Shown here piece by piece: positions 22,487 through 37,072 of a stretch of DNA of 64,000 nt. A model generated the notes under the pieces. The model was not told the origin of the DNA, ran no database searches, and worked only from the letters and a program-made list of their open reading frames with translations. The stretch spans positions 1,402,914-1,466,913 of the forward strand of contig NW_001865042.1 of NCBI RefSeq assembly GCF_000002865.3, read 5' to 3'. This stretch comes from Monosiga brevicollis MX1 (taxonomy: Eukaryota). Each line of letters begins with the position of its first letter. Positions within the stretch are counted from its first letter, which is position 1. The position numbers and the translations under genes are program-made.

Positions 22487-25400
22487 ATGAAGGTCCGCGT
22501 GCCTGAAGACCGCCGCAGTCTTGAGCTGGTAAGTTTGCGATTTGATTTTGATCGGTGGCCTGCGATACACCTCACACGCACGCTTCTGCCGCTCGTGATC
22601 TTACATGCTGTGACTGCATGTTGGCGCAGACGGAAGGTGCGTTGGAGGTCTACAATGATATCGTGCAGGCCAAGGACGAAGACCTCCTTCACGTCTTGCA
22701 GCGCATCGACGACGTCCCGCGCTCGCGCGTACGTTGAACTCGTCACCGTTGAAACATGCTCGGGTGCCCACAATGAGCGGAGGAGTCACTCTGTTGCCTG
22801 GTTTTTGACTGCAGGATGACGTGTACAGCTGGGCTCCTTGTATCGATCGCCTCGATGCGATCTTGGAAGACTTTGCTTCTCAACTACCCTATTACACGGA
22901 CACCGCGCTCCGCAGCAATCAGTTGCACACAGTGCCTTTGCCCTTTATTCAATTCCGTGATGAGGTTTGAGTCCCGCTCCAAGTCCCATTGTTTGGACAT
23001 CCGGGCCAGCGTGGCTTCATTTGCGTGGCGCCTTTGGTCTTTGCAATAGGAGCAACGTCAGTTGATTTTGGCGTGCCTTCGCGTTGTGCGCCTGATTTTT
23101 GAATCTGTGGCCACAAAGCATGTCTCGGCGTGGCCTTGCACCAAGGTTGGTGCCAAAAATATGGCTTGTAAATTGTGTGTGTGTGTGCGTGTGTGTTTGT
23201 TCCCTTCTTTTCCCATTCCCTTCCCTCGTGCATGCGCAAGCCCTTCTCGATCATTATACAACTTATTCTTGTGTTTGCCGTTCGAACCACACCGTGGTTG
23301 AAACATAGCTTTTGTTCGCGTTGATGAATACGGATGATTGCGACTTGATGCTGGCCGTGGTGCATCTCCTCGCCACTCTGGGGCGCCATCGCGAGATTGA
23401 CGATCGTGACCTGGACGCCCTTCTTATTGCTCGCTTGCAATGTCTGGCCAAGGTAAGCCAATAACCTCCAGTTTGACCTGGAGGCGACGTGCTTGCCTCA
23501 CTCAACTCATCGCGTGATGATAACATGCAACGGGTCATCGCATCACTTTTCCCCATACTTTTAGAAATGGGGGCGTGGCGGTCATACCCACGTTTTAGTG
23601 GACATTTGCTTGAAGCCGACGGATGAGTTTCCCGAGGGCGTCTCGGATGCACAGATGGACCTCTTCATCAATCAAGGAGACGACCCCACGGACGCGGCTC
23701 GTCAGGGACCCCTCAGCATCCGGCGCCCGAACCTCGATGCAGACCCACGACCAACGCGCAAACTCTTCGAGGACTGCTTGGCTGACTTCAAAGTGCCGCC
23801 CAAGTACCATTTTGAGCTTCTTTTCCAGTTGCTAGTTCGACACAACTTTCACAGACTCGAGGAGCGCCGCAAACTTCTCCAAATTCACATCCTGGCAACC
23901 AGCGCCTTGGTTATGTGCTCGGCCAACGGCGGCTACGATGCCAGCGGTATCGCAGCAAATTACGCCGCCAGTCCCTCCTCTGGGGTCTCGGAACTCGTTG
24001 AGATGCTTGGCAACAACGACATTCCAGCCATCATTCGAGTGGCAGGCTTTCGCCTACTGCAGTCCCTGATTCAGGCACAAGTGGCTGCCGAAGCGGTACT
24101 CACAGAGTGTGGCGTGGGTCAATCGCACGGCTTGATCCCCACCCTTTTGAGGCAGATGAACGAGCGCCTCTCACCCTCGGAGGGTAGCAAACAGGCCGAA
24201 CCCCTCGATGATCCGATCGAGCAGCGCTTCTATCTCGGTGTCCTTTCGGTCGTGCAACTGATTGTGGCCTTTCCTCGTGGTGGTCAGAGCTTTATGCGCT
24301 CTGGCGTACTCAGAACCCTCTCCAATATCCTCAAGAACCCAGTGAATGTGAAGTTCGCCACCCGTGCAGCGCGCACGATTGAGAGCATCCTGCACATTGC
24401 CAGCGTGGATCGCCATGGACCTGAACTGGTGGATACGCGCATCTTTGAGTCCACTCTGGAGACGATTCATCAACAGGTGCTGGCTGCCGTCGGCACGGTC
24501 GAAGATGACCACCTGCGCCGTTCCGTATCCCATGTCATGCACCAAGTCATGGATCAAGTGGCGCCCGAGACTCCATTGGAGAAGAGCACTCCTGCAGCGC
24601 AGGGCAGCGCAATCCTTCAAAGTCAAGCGGCCATCCCGCTGTCTGCAGAGCGTAAATCACTTCTCAAGATGCTTTTGCGCCTGCATTCTCAGTTGGGCTT
24701 TCGGCAACCTTTTGCCACGCTACAGCGCAACGCGCTAAGCGGCACCCTTTTGGCCGACTTTGATGCCATTCTCCGTAACGAACAGGCCTTTGGTACCCCG
24801 GTTTGGTGCCTCGTCACGCGCTGGCTGATTGACTTTGCTAATGCAGAACCCAATCTCGTTTCAGTACTTCAGGAGTCGGGTATGCTTGAGACTGTGCTGG
24901 ATGTCATTCGTGAGCGACGCATCCCTGCCTCTGCGGATGCCATCGTCAGCTTGCCCTCGGTGCTCTCATCCCTGGTCCTCAATGGACAGTTGCTTGACGT
25001 GCTGGAGGAGGCCCGTCCTTTTGATGCGATAATCGAGCTCTTCACGCAGGAAAAGTACCGCGTTTGTCTTGGTGGTGATAATGCAAGCGCCGTGGGCGCC
25101 GCCCTGGACGAACTCTGGCGTTACCAACCGCGTTTGCGTCCCGCGGGCATGGCCGCTCTGCAGACGCTTCTTGACAACTTGATCGCCAAGGGACGTGATA
25201 GCGGGCAGTACCTCATCACCCCGGGTTCAGATGCGGGGTTGAAGCGTATGCGTAAGACTCGTCTCGAGGAAGGCCTCACAGAGCAAGAGCTCGGTCGCTG
25301 GCCAGAGGACGGCTCACCTACTCCTAGCACGGCTATGGAGGTGGACAGTGGTCCTTCCCCGGCAGTCGCCTCTGCTTCATCATCAACTGACACGCGCACC

Positions 25401-28400
25401 CATTTGCCCCTGTTGGATTACATGGCCAACGCTGCTCACTTGATCGATGCGATGCAAAGCAGCAGTCCGCACGATCATCACACCAGACATCTGGCCCAGG
25501 CCGACGTGGCATCAAAGCTCATGGAGCTTCTGACCTTACCCACCTTGCCGTACGATCTGTACGAGTCGTCTTGCTTCAAAGCCGTAGTTTCAGCAGCGAC
25601 TCTCTCGGCCAATCATCCCGACTACGACTCAGCCGCGCTTCATGAAGCGTTCAACCGAGAGGTGACGGCCATGGATGAGCGCTGTGCTGAGCTCCTCAAA
25701 ACTCCTAGCAACCACCTGGTGCCCAACATTCTACAGAGCTTTGAGTCTTGGCAGCTGGCTTGGACGCGGCTACTGGCCTATCTACAGCTCTATTCGAGCA
25801 TTGTGAACAGTCGCCCTGCCGCGCGAGACCACTCCGAGCGACATTCTGCACTCTGGGCCAAGTTGATGAATATGGGCATCATGCCACGTCTAGGCCGAGT
25901 CATCAATGCAGCGAGTTGCCTAACATCAGCGGCCCGCCGCGTGTATGTTCCTTTCCAGCTGCGGACCAAGCACTTGAAGCTGCGAGCTGAACGAGAGGCC
26001 TTGCTCACGCCAGGCACACAGTACTTGGACATTTACCGGCTGTTTGGCTTGGCTGATCTCTTGAAACACGCTCGTAGCTTTTACGTCAAGTTTCTGGAGC
26101 GATCCCTGTCGCAAACACGTGCGCGTCACCTCATGATGAGTCGCCGCCGTCCTTCACAAGACAAAAACGAGGGCGTCATGTCTTTTGTGATTGAACATGC
26201 CGTCAACAACCTGCAAGGCTGTGTCACGGCCTTGCAAGACTCCCCATCTCTGCGCCACCTGGACAGTCTGCACCATTCCATTCTTGTGGCTCAAGAGTTG
26301 ATTTTTACCTTTCGCTCAGGCCAGATGCAATCGGAGGATCAGCGTGCACTTCAGCTTTTTGCCGAAATAGGGGGTTTCCGTACTGCTATGAGCTGTCTGA
26401 CGTCCCTTGTCCAGCTCTTTGGGCAAAGCGTACCTGATCACTCGGGCCTATCACAGCCTGACCCGGACTCCACGTATGTGCCCAACCCGCGATTCGGTGT
26501 GGCGGACTGGCCGACAGACGTTAAGGTGCGGGTTGAGGTACATCCCCACCCCCTGCGTCTGATGGACGCCATTCGCGTGCAGCCGACATCTTCTGGAGCC
26601 TGGCGCTGTGATCTCTGCGATACGAATCGCAATGATCGCTTTGCTTGGCACTCAGAGGTGCAAAACTACGACCTCTGTGCCTGGTGCTTTCAGCGTGGCG
26701 TAGCTTGCTACGCACAGCGGCGTTACCAAGATGACTTGCGTGAGCTACTCAACTGCTTTCGTACACTCTTCGACGTGAACCTGGCGGAGGGCGCATCAGC
26801 GAGCGACGTTCAGCACCTGCGCCTGATGGAGCGCGAAGGCATCTGGCGTGAGCTTATTGAGCAACTGCAATTGCTTTGGACGCATGACAGCATTCGCTTC
26901 GCATCGCTTGAACTTCTGGAGGGGCTCTGCCTCTTGACTCGCCAGTTGTTTCATACCTGCGCCCGCTATGAGGAGATTTCCAAGTCTCATCGCGCTCGTG
27001 AGAGCCGTGCTCGTGGTGGCTTGACCTCTTGGATGGCTGCTACCAATCCCGGCGAGGAGCAGCCCATTCCCGGCAGCCTTTTCTTTGATCATCTCTTTGG
27101 CGAACGTCAAGCCGCACGCAGCAGATTGCTTGGGGACATGCCTGCATCCGGTCTGGGTGCTCTGGCTGGCTTGAGAACACCAGCTGCACCGCCACCTCCC
27201 CCCGAGGTAGAGGTTGACGAAGAGTTGGTGCGTCACATTCAGGAGATGGGCTTTACGGCTTACCAGGCTCGCACAGCGCTGCGTCGTTCGCGCAACGACG
27301 TGTCTGCCGCCGTCAACATTATTTTTGAAGGCACAATCCCACCGGATGATCCCCAGCCTAACCGAACCGCGTCGGCTTCGGCGACTGCACCCAGCACGAA
27401 CGAAGCTTCCAGTGAAACAGGTGGCAATGTGGGAGGGGGAGGAAGTGCTGCTGCGAATACCGACCTCTCTGCCGACTCAGCACAAGCCACCGGGGCCCAG
27501 CCTGAGCCCGAGCAGCCTGAAGCCCAAGGCGAGGACGAAGACCAGGACGAGGAGGATGAAGCTGCCATGTTTGCGCGTGCAATCGCCATGTCCATGCAAG
27601 GAGGTGGTGCAGAGGCAGGTTCAAGCGCTGACGAGGGCCCGAGCGACAGCGCAAATTCTTCTGCGACCAATGCTGCCGATCAGAGTGCTCCTCGTGCCGA
27701 AGAAAATGCCGCATCGTCAAGTCAGATGGATACCGCCGCCGACAACGACGATTCCAGCCCATCTGTATCTCGTCGTCTATTGTCCATGCCACGAGGTGGT
27801 GATGACCCGGACCAATCTTCTCGCGAGGAGCAGCGGGTTGCACAAGAAAAAGAGCAAAAAGTTCACGACGAACTCAAGGCTGCCATGTCTTCCTTGGCTA
27901 AGGGCAATTTCGATACCATGCTTGCGGTACGTTGCTGTGTGTGCGGAATCATACCATGTGCGCACGCTCTTCTCTTCTCTCTCATGCGGAAATTTGTTAT
28001 TTCGTGTCTTGCACTCACTCGCTTCGACTTCCCTTCGATCTGCGCCTTGGGTTCTAGATTATCAGCGCGCAACCTGTCATCATCAACACGGTGGCATCAT
28101 GGGTCATGTATCTCATCTCGCATGACTTGGATGGGACCGGCGCCGAGCTTCGTCTTGATTTGCAAAACAAGGTCAAGGCATTGTTGGATGAAGAGTTGGC
28201 TTCACTTCAAGGCGCTGCCTTTGATTCTCTGGTATACAGCAGCACGAGTCGCCATCTCGACGTCATGTTGCGCCTGTACCTTATGGTGACTTCGGGCAAG
28301 ATTGAGGATCTTGCCTCTTTGGCCGAGAAAGTTCTGGATTTGATCCACGCTTGCTCTGTGCCCAAGGATCGAGTAGGTTGTCCGGTTTGGTTAGCCTCAG

Positions 28401-31400
28401 CTGTTCTCCTGCTGGATCAACTCGAGCGCTTGCAGCGCACGGATCAAGTGGTGGCTCTAGCACGCCGTCAAGCCGCTGCCGATCACCGTCCTCACATGTG
28501 GCAGTTTGCCCATCAGCGCAACACCTGGCGCACTATGTGGAGTGACTACAACGAAGCCTCACAAATCAAATTGGAACTGGCATACAGCAACATGGCAACG
28601 ACGGTGGACCTCGAGGTTGAAGGGCGGCAATATGCCGTTGATCTCATGGCCATGCAGCAGGTCAACAAAACCACGGGCTCTGGGCGTAGCGTGCGACGCA
28701 TACCCATGCAAGATGCTTCCCAGAAAGCCGCTGATTACGTTTTACCGGAACTTGTGGGTCCCGCGGATATGGAACCTACATCGCAGCCCGTCTGGTGCCA
28801 TGCAGCGCCCGTGGTCACTCAGCTGGCTTCCTGGCTCAGCTGCCAGCTGGACCATCCCACTTCAGACGCTATCCTACGCCTTTTGATCCGTGTCACGCGC
28901 GATGTTGAGCTGGCTCAAGCCTTGGTGGAGTCGCCCGGGTTTGCTGAGCTTCTTGATATCTCGCAAGGCCAAGTTTATACTGGCTTTAGTGCTTCCTTGG
29001 CTCTCCTGCTGCGTCATGCAGTCGAGGAGCCTCGGGCACTGACGGCACACTTTGCTGAGACTTTGGCCCAGTCGCAAGCCCTGCGTAACGGCGCCACATC
29101 CAATCTGGAACAGCTCCTGCGCAACTTCAAGCCTCAAGTGTTGCGTGACACACCAGCCTTTGTGGAAGCTTGCGCCCATGTTCTGAAGTTAAAGGAGGCC
29201 ACCACACAAGCGCAAAACGCCTCGGTGTGCCTGCGTGGCAACCCAGAACTTCTTTGGAAGGCTTGTGGCGAGTCCCCAGCGCAACAGGCCGTCTGTGAAC
29301 GACTATGTGTGGTGCTGGCTGCACGCTACGATGACATGCGCGATTGGCACGAGAAGAGCCAGCTTCGCGAGAACCACGACGGAAGCCTCTTCCCCATTCG
29401 AAAGCCCACCAGCGCCGAGACAGAGCTTGAAATCGGCGCTCGCGCTTCTGCAGTCAAAGCCATTTCTCTGCCAAAGGTGCTCTCTTATATTGCGGAGCTG
29501 GTGGGCACCTACAAGCACGTCGGGCAAACTTTGTTGCACTGCAATGTGCCCCTCTCCTCGGGCTCGGTATCTCTGATTGCCTTTGTCATCCGACACATCA
29601 TTTTGCGCAAGAGTTTTGTCAAAGTTGAGCCTGGCACCGTGGGTGCCGAGGTGCACAGCGCCGCGATTCAGCAGGCCAAAAACATTTTGCACAATTTGGT
29701 AGCCGCCGGTGATGCAGCCGAGGAAGGTGTGGTGCGTGAAATCTGTGAACAATACCGAGCTATGGACGCTTTGGCCGTTCATATGCCCGTCATTGACCAG
29801 TGCGAGGCCCTGAACCTCTTGGTGACGGACATTTGCAAGAACGTGGCACTCGCTGGCCGCCGGTTCGTGGCGGAAAAACTACCAGAAATCATTCTCGAGG
29901 CAGCCGTGCAACAAGATTTGAACAATCCCAAGATGGATTATTTTGTCGAATCCGTCGCAGTCGTGCTGGAGCAGTTGACGCGCCATGCGCGCCCCGCCTG
30001 GGTGCAAGCTGCCAAGATGGCTGATGTAAGTAGACTGCATTAGTTGTTCCTGACTGAGCTTGCCATGGGTGACATTTTCTTGTGTCGCACTTTTTAATGC
30101 AGTTGAAGGAATTGCTCACCTCACATTTTGCTACCCCGCTCTACCGCACCTCGCCCGTTTTCCTTTGTAGCGAAAGGCACAAGGCGTGGCCACCGAGGAG
30201 GATGATTTTGCTTCACGTACCGTATCAGACGCCTTCTCTGCTGCAATGGAGTCCATGAGTGCCATGGAGCGAGGAGGGGCTAACGCTCGCGGTCGCGACG
30301 ATGCTGACTTGATGGATCAGTCGCAAGATTACGGCCATGATCACGAGGACCACGATGAGGAGCAAGACGAGCATGGACATGTAGAAGAGGAAGACGACGA
30401 CGATGAGCACGACGGGGATGGTGCTGATGATGACGACAACGATGATGATGATGATGATGATCATCATCATCATCACGACGACGACGACGGTGACAACGAT
30501 GATGGCGAGGATGGGCCAGATGGCGAAGCCCAGGATGAGTTCGATGCCATGCTGGTTCGGGGAATTATCGACGCTATGAATGCTCGTGATGCCAACGGAG
30601 AGGATGGCCCCATGGCAATGGAGGTGGAGGTGGAGATTGCTGGCCCAGGGGACGCTGGAGCAGCCGGATTTGGCGAAGGCTACTACGAGGATGAGGACGG
30701 CGACGACGCGGAAGACGATGACGATGACGTTATCGATGAGCGCCACCACCATCACCGTCGCCACCACCATCATGGGGATGACGATGAAGCCGACGATATG
30801 CAGCCTGCGGATGATGACGTGCTGGACGACGGGGCAGTGGAGGTTGAGATCTACGAGGGCGCTTCTGAGGACGGTGGTGAGGGCGAGCAAGGCTTTGATG
30901 ACATGGACTTTGATGAAGATGAGGATGAAGATGATTTAGAGGATGAGATGTACTTCCGGAGTGGCATGGAGGAGGAGTCCTATTACGAGGACGAAGAATT
31001 CGATGACTTTGTCAACTTGCACGCCGATGATGCGGAGTTGCAAAGCGAAGCATCTAACGACGAAGAACCAGCTCTGGACTTTGAGGACGCACATGCTCTT
31101 CGAGACCCTTGGCATCGGTCCGAGCTCAACCTTGGTATGGGAAGTGGCCTTCATCGTCGCAACGCCCAGCGCCGCCGAGGGCATCCTCTGGACGTCCGAC
31201 GTGAACAAACGACCAACGCCAGCGCCGAAGCCGAATTGCCAGCCATGCATTCCATGTTGGCAATGTCCATTAACCGTGGGGGTGGCGCCATGGCAGAAGC
31301 CACAAGCAACCGCGCGCGTGGCGGAGCCCGTCGTGATGAGCGCGCGTTGGCAGCCGTCCAGGAGCTGCTTCGCAGTGGCCAGCTGGATGGTCTACGTCGC

Positions 31401-32481
31401 ACCAACCGCGCCGCCGACGTGCACATCTACGATGGCAACAATGAGCCCATGATTGCGCGCGTGACCGATGGAGGTCTCAATGTGGAGATTCGAGACCCCA
31501 ACTCTTCACAACGCCCTGTGGTACAGCGACCCACGCCCGAGCAACGACTCAAGACAGAGATGGACGTCATCGAGGGTCCAGTGGGCCCTTCTCTTCAGTA
31601 TGCATGCTTGCAAGTTTTTGTGCGCTTGACGAAACGGTTTCGTGAAGATCAGGCGAAAGCCTCGGCTGAGCGCGAGGCCAAAGCCAAGATTGAACGTGAA
31701 GCCAAAGCCGCGCAGGACAAGGCTGCCAAGGAGGAACCACGCGACGCTGCTCAGGAGACTGAAGCCACGTCATCAGCCACTACAAACGGTGAAGGCGCGG
31801 CTCCAACCGAAACCGCGCCTTTGACCGAGGTTGGAGAATCTGAGCCTGCTTCTGTTTCTCCGTCAGGGCAAGACCAAGAAGGCGTGCGCGTTTCTCGTGC
31901 CGAGCCAGAGCCTTCAACTGTGGGCAGCGAGGAAACGGCAAGTGCACCGGATGATGCCACCGCGAGCGTGGCCGGCACTGCTGTTGCTTCAGCAACAGGT
32001 GCATCCGCGGCCCCGGTGGACAGCTCAGCAGCCGTTCCACCTGGTGCGGCATCTGGAGATCCGCCACTCGAATACGAAAATGAGCTATTGTCCTTGCTGC
32101 CCGAGGACATTCGTCAAGAGGTACTCCAGGCGCAGGCCATGGTGCGAGAAATGCCGCAACTGCCTGTTGAGACGCTGAACTGCTGTAATCCAGAGTTTTT
32201 GGCGGCTCTGCCGCCAGACCTCCAGCGTGAGGTTCTGGCACAAGAGCGCCAAGCACTGGAGCGTATGCGCCGCGAGCAACAGGCTAACGAAGGTGGCAAC
32301 GAAGCAGCTGCAGGCTCGGAGCACAGTGGACCCGCTGAAATGGACATGGCCTCGATGATTGCGTCCCTGGATGACAATTTGCGGCGCGAGGTGTTGCTTG
32401 AACATTGTAAGTCACACTGTTACATTTTTATGGCGAGTATTATCTGGTCGAGACTCTGCTCGACAAACGATGAAAATGTGC

Positions 32482-32540
<59 letters not shown>

Positions 32541-35500
32541 GGGGGGGGGGGGGGGGGGGGGGGNNNNNNNNNNNNNNNNNNNNNNNNNNNNNNNNNNNNN
32601 NNNNNNNNNNNNNNNCTGAGCCCTTGCGTATCGATTCTCAAAAATTGCCTGTGCACGTTTTGTTGTTGCAGCAAACGACGAAGCATTCTTATCTCAATTG
32701 CCGCCCGCCCTTGCCCAAGAGGCGGCTTCCTTAATTAACGCACGGGAACAGCATCAAGCGCGGCATCGAACTTCAGCGCGACCACTCCCGCGTGAAACTA
32801 ATCGGGGTGAACCTCATGATCATCTGAGAGATCACCGTGAAGAGTCCAGGCACTCGGCAATGCGTCAATCTGCCAAGGATCGCCTGCCAAAAGACGGCGT
32901 GGCGGTCTTGGATACCGAGTCCATTGACAAGCTGCTCTATTTGCTGATCGTACCGGCAGCTTACAATGAGACCTACCTGGCTCGGACCTTTGCGAATTTG
33001 TGCAGCCATTCCAAGACGCGGTACCAAGTCCTGATCTCATTGTTTGCCATTTGTGATGCTCTCGGTACGTGCCTGGGCAAGCGCACGCTAGCCCCCCTTG
33101 CCTGCTGTTGCACGTTCTTTCCTTTGTTACTCGCACTTTTCTCACCGCCGGCTTATTGACCATGCTGGTGAAAATGGCTGTACGTGTCGACTTTACAGTG
33201 TCAGATGTAGAAGCTGAAACGGGCCGCGTAGAAGAGGCCAATCCAACGCTCAAGCTGTTTGTGGTGCGCCAGAATGGCAAGGCGCGTTTTGCTGCCGGCG
33301 TTCACGTCGTCATGCGAGCCCTAAACATTCTCAACTTTGTCGTTCGACACTGCCCACCGGCCGTGGATATGATTTTGGGCACGACCCTCTCGCGATCTCT
33401 GGCCGTTCCTGAGGGCTGCCAGTTGTGGAACTCCCTGTTTGCCTTTGCCACTCGGCACGGCGAGCCCTCTGCGGCCTTGAGCCGCTTGCTGCAAGATCAC
33501 CGTTCGCGACGGCGCCGTGGGCGCGTGAGCACCTCGGGAGCACGCCCTGCACTAAGGATCCTGTTGGACACGAGCAAGGCGCCTGTGGAGACGCTGCGGA
33601 GTATGTGTTACCAGGTGATCCGGTTGCTAAGTCACGTTTTGTCTGCATTACCAGATGCTGAGGCCCGCGCCAAACACGAGCATAGCGTCCTTCAGTGGCG
33701 TGAAAAATACCCCGACGAAGCTGCGAGCGTGGATGAAGAAACCACTCCGACACGCACGCGGTCAGTCAAGCGTCGCCCCCACCAGCCTCCGCCTATTGCG
33801 CCTCCGATGGCGGCGACCGAGACAGATATTGATAGCCTTTTTGAGCTGATTTGCCAAAGCGCCACCTTCAACGTTTCGGCTTCGCGCGACCACAAGATGG
33901 TCACGCCACTGCTGTACAACGCGGAGAACCACCAGCTGGTCATTGATGCTCTGCATCGATATCTTGACATTTGGAAGGATGCCGTAAATGATGACATTGG
34001 CAAGCTCGAAGCGATTGTCTCTTTGCATGAGCAGACGCCGCCACGTGGGCGCCCGCAGCCATTGCAGATGGGGCCCCAGCGGCTTGAGGATTCACCCGCT
34101 TTGCGCAAGCACTTGCAGGACATGACTGCACCGGGTGCGGCACAGCGGATTTTGTTGCGCTTGTTGCGACTTGTCAACTTTCTCAACGACAAGGAACTTT
34201 TGCTTTGCAAGAGCATGGAGACGCCCAAGGCCACCGAGCCGGAAACCAAAGAGGCTGCGGCGGGCAACAGCGCTCCCGTGGAGCCGCCGACCGATTCGAC
34301 CGTCCCCGAAACTCCCACAAGTACGCCGGCACGCGGAGCATCAACAGGTGCTTCCACATCCAATGCAGCCACTGCATCGCACGGAGATGACGCAGGTGAG
34401 ACCGAGGCTCAAGGCGACCAACCCGCCGAATCCGCGCACCAACCCGGGGATGACCAAGCAGAGAAGGACAAAACAACGGCCAAGTCATCAACTGTACCAA
34501 GCACGGCCGATTTGATTTCCAAGTATCGACCACCACGTTCAGTGATTGAGTTGGATCTCGATCAGCTTTGGACCACTGTGGGCCACTGTCTCATGTCTTT
34601 CAACAAGTACGACGACAGCATTCAGATTCTGAGCACCTTGCAGCCTCTTATCGAGGCCTTTTTGTTTTGTCATCAAGATGTTGTAGCAGCGGCGCGGCTA
34701 GCCGCACCGCCTTCAGCCAACTCCGTGGCTGGGGCTGGTGACAAGAACGGGTCTGGAAGCCGCACCAGCTCGGCCCCCTCCACGCCGGTGGGTTTGGCCC
34801 GGAGCTATTCATGGACCACGGCAATGCCTGGCCAATTATCTGCCCCCAACGATCGCGAGCTGCGCTTTTTGCAGTTTCTCGAAGCCCACGCAAGTGTCAT
34901 TAATGACATTGTGCGCAAGCGGCCCGAGCTCCTTGGCAAGCGTCCATACAGCTTGTTGACGCGATTTCCCACTATTTTGGATTTCGAAGTGAAAGAAAAG
35001 TTTTTCCGCAAAAAGATCAAACCAGATCGCCACCGTCGTGTGCCACTGCGCATCCGCCGTGACTACCTCTTCGAGGATTCTTACCAGCGCGTCATGCAAC
35101 TCAATGCGGGTGAGCTGCGTGGACGTCTCAACGTACAGTTCCAAGGCGAGGAGGGCATTGATGCCGGCGGTCTGCTTCGTGAGTGGTATTACACGATTTC
35201 GCAGTCGATCATGAATCCGAACTACGCCCTCTTTTGTCAGTCGACCCCGGGTTCAGAAACGTATCAACCGAATCAGCACTCGTCCATCAACGTCGATCAT
35301 CTGCGTTACTTTCAGTTTTGCGGTCGCGTGGTCGCAAAGGCCATCTTTGATCATCAGCTGCTTGATTGCCATTTTACCCGCGCCTTTTACAAGCAAATCT
35401 TGGGTATGCACGTGTCATGGCGTGATCTGGCGGCCGTTGATTCGTCTCTCTACAAAAATCTCCTTTTCATCCTGGAGAACGACGTGACGCCTTTTGAGGT

Positions 35501-36350
35501 GTGTTTTGCATTATCTGGCCGTGCCTGTCGCGTGTTCTGTTGAATTGGGTTTGAGCTTGTTCGTGTTTGCTTGCTTGTTCGTGTGAGCTTACTTTGCTTT
35601 GCTCTTTTTCCAGGGTGATTTCACGTTTTCTTTGGACGTGGACCGATTTGGCAAGTTGGAGACGATTGATCTCAAGCCCGGGGGACGTGATTTGAACGTG
35701 ACTGAGGAGAACAAGAAAGAATACGTGCGCTTGGTCGCGGACATGAAACTGACAGAGGCCATCAAAGATCAAATCAAGGCCTTCCAAAAGGGCTTTTACG
35801 AAGTTATTCCACAAACTGACATTGCACTCTTCAACGAGTCGGAGCTCGAGCTTTTGATTTCTGGTCTGCCTGAGGTGGACATTGACGACTTGCGCGCCAA
35901 CACGGATTATCACTCGGGTCTCTCGGCAAGCACGCCAGTCATCCAATGGTTCTGGCGCGCGGTGCGCTCCTTCTCGCGTGACGAGCGCATCAAGTTGATT
36001 CAATTTGTCACGGGCACTGGTCGCATCCCCGTGGGTGGCTTCTCCAAGCTAGTTGGCATGAGGTGAGGCATCCTTTTCCCATTCTACTCCTTTGCTCGCA
36101 AAGCAACGCGCGAGTGGCTTGCCATCGTGCGTGCGTGTGGTCCTTATCCATTTAATTATGCAATTTCGTCCCTCACTCTCACGCTGCCGTGATCGATCGC
36201 CGGTGTAGTGGGCCACAAAAGTTTAACATTCAAAAGGATCGGTCCGGCCCGCAGCGATTGCCTCAGGCCCACACTTGGTACGTAGTCTGTTTCAACCCCA
36301 CACACCGCTGGATCGTCGTAACTTTGGCATATTCATGTTATTCTTTGGTC

Positions 36351-36384
<34 letters not shown>

Positions 36385-36508
36385 GAATGATTTTCTTTTT
36401 GACAGTTTCAATCAACTGGATCTGCCCGAATATGAGAGCTACGAACAGCTTCGCGAGGCCTTGAAGCTTGCCATTATGGAGGCCTCTGAGGGATTTGGGT
36501 TTGGTTGA
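22487..36508 (+). CDS. HUWE1: HUWE1/Tom1/UPL1-family HECT E3 ubiquitin ligase (multi-exon)
   Basis: N-terminal ARM-like region (W...IDRLDAILE), UBA ([15 protein letters not shown]), UIM-like motif ([14 protein letters not shown]), WWE, an acidic tract, UBM repeats ([15 protein letters not shown]) and a HECT domain ([17 protein letters not shown]...LPQAHTCFNQLDLP...EGFGFG*). Confidence 0.96.
32564..32615. other. Assembly gap inside a HUWE1 intron, after (GT)n and poly-G
   Basis: N run preceded by simple repeats. Confidence 1.
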
Positions 36509-36961
36509 GCCTTGATTCGTTCCAAACGAATGGAGACTGACTGAGCTGTAATTTTTTTTTTTTTTTTCAGCGCGTGCGATCAAAGATTGCCATCTCCTTT
36601 TGCCCCTTTCCCCGCTCTTTTCCCGTTCGTGTTGCCCTGTAAAGACGCGGACATCTGGCTGTTGTGTTGAACAATTGTCGCTTGTATCTTTACGTATCTT
36701 GGTTCGCACCGCGTGGTGTCTGAAGCTTTTGCCATTTTGTCCACAACGGCATCCTCGAGCCTAGAGAAGCGCCATCCTGTGCGTCTGATTAGTGCCTTGA
36801 AACTCTCAACGTGGATTCTCAATTGATGCCATATCTGCCTGCGTGCTCGTCCGCATCCTTCTCCACAACCCAGCCCTTCAAATCAATTTGGCGTGACATG
36901 AATCTTGTTTTGTAAATGCCTTTTGTTTTTGCTTTTTCTGACCAATTTCCAAATGCTTGTA

Positions 36962-36962
<1 letters not shown>

Positions 36963-37041
<79 letters not shown>
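36963..37041. repeat. (CA)n just upstream of the PhyH gene ATG
   Basis: Directly visible. Confidence 0.95.
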
Positions 37042-37044
<3 letters not shown>

Positions 37045-37072
37045 CGTTGGCATTTGGCTTTGGATCATCAGA

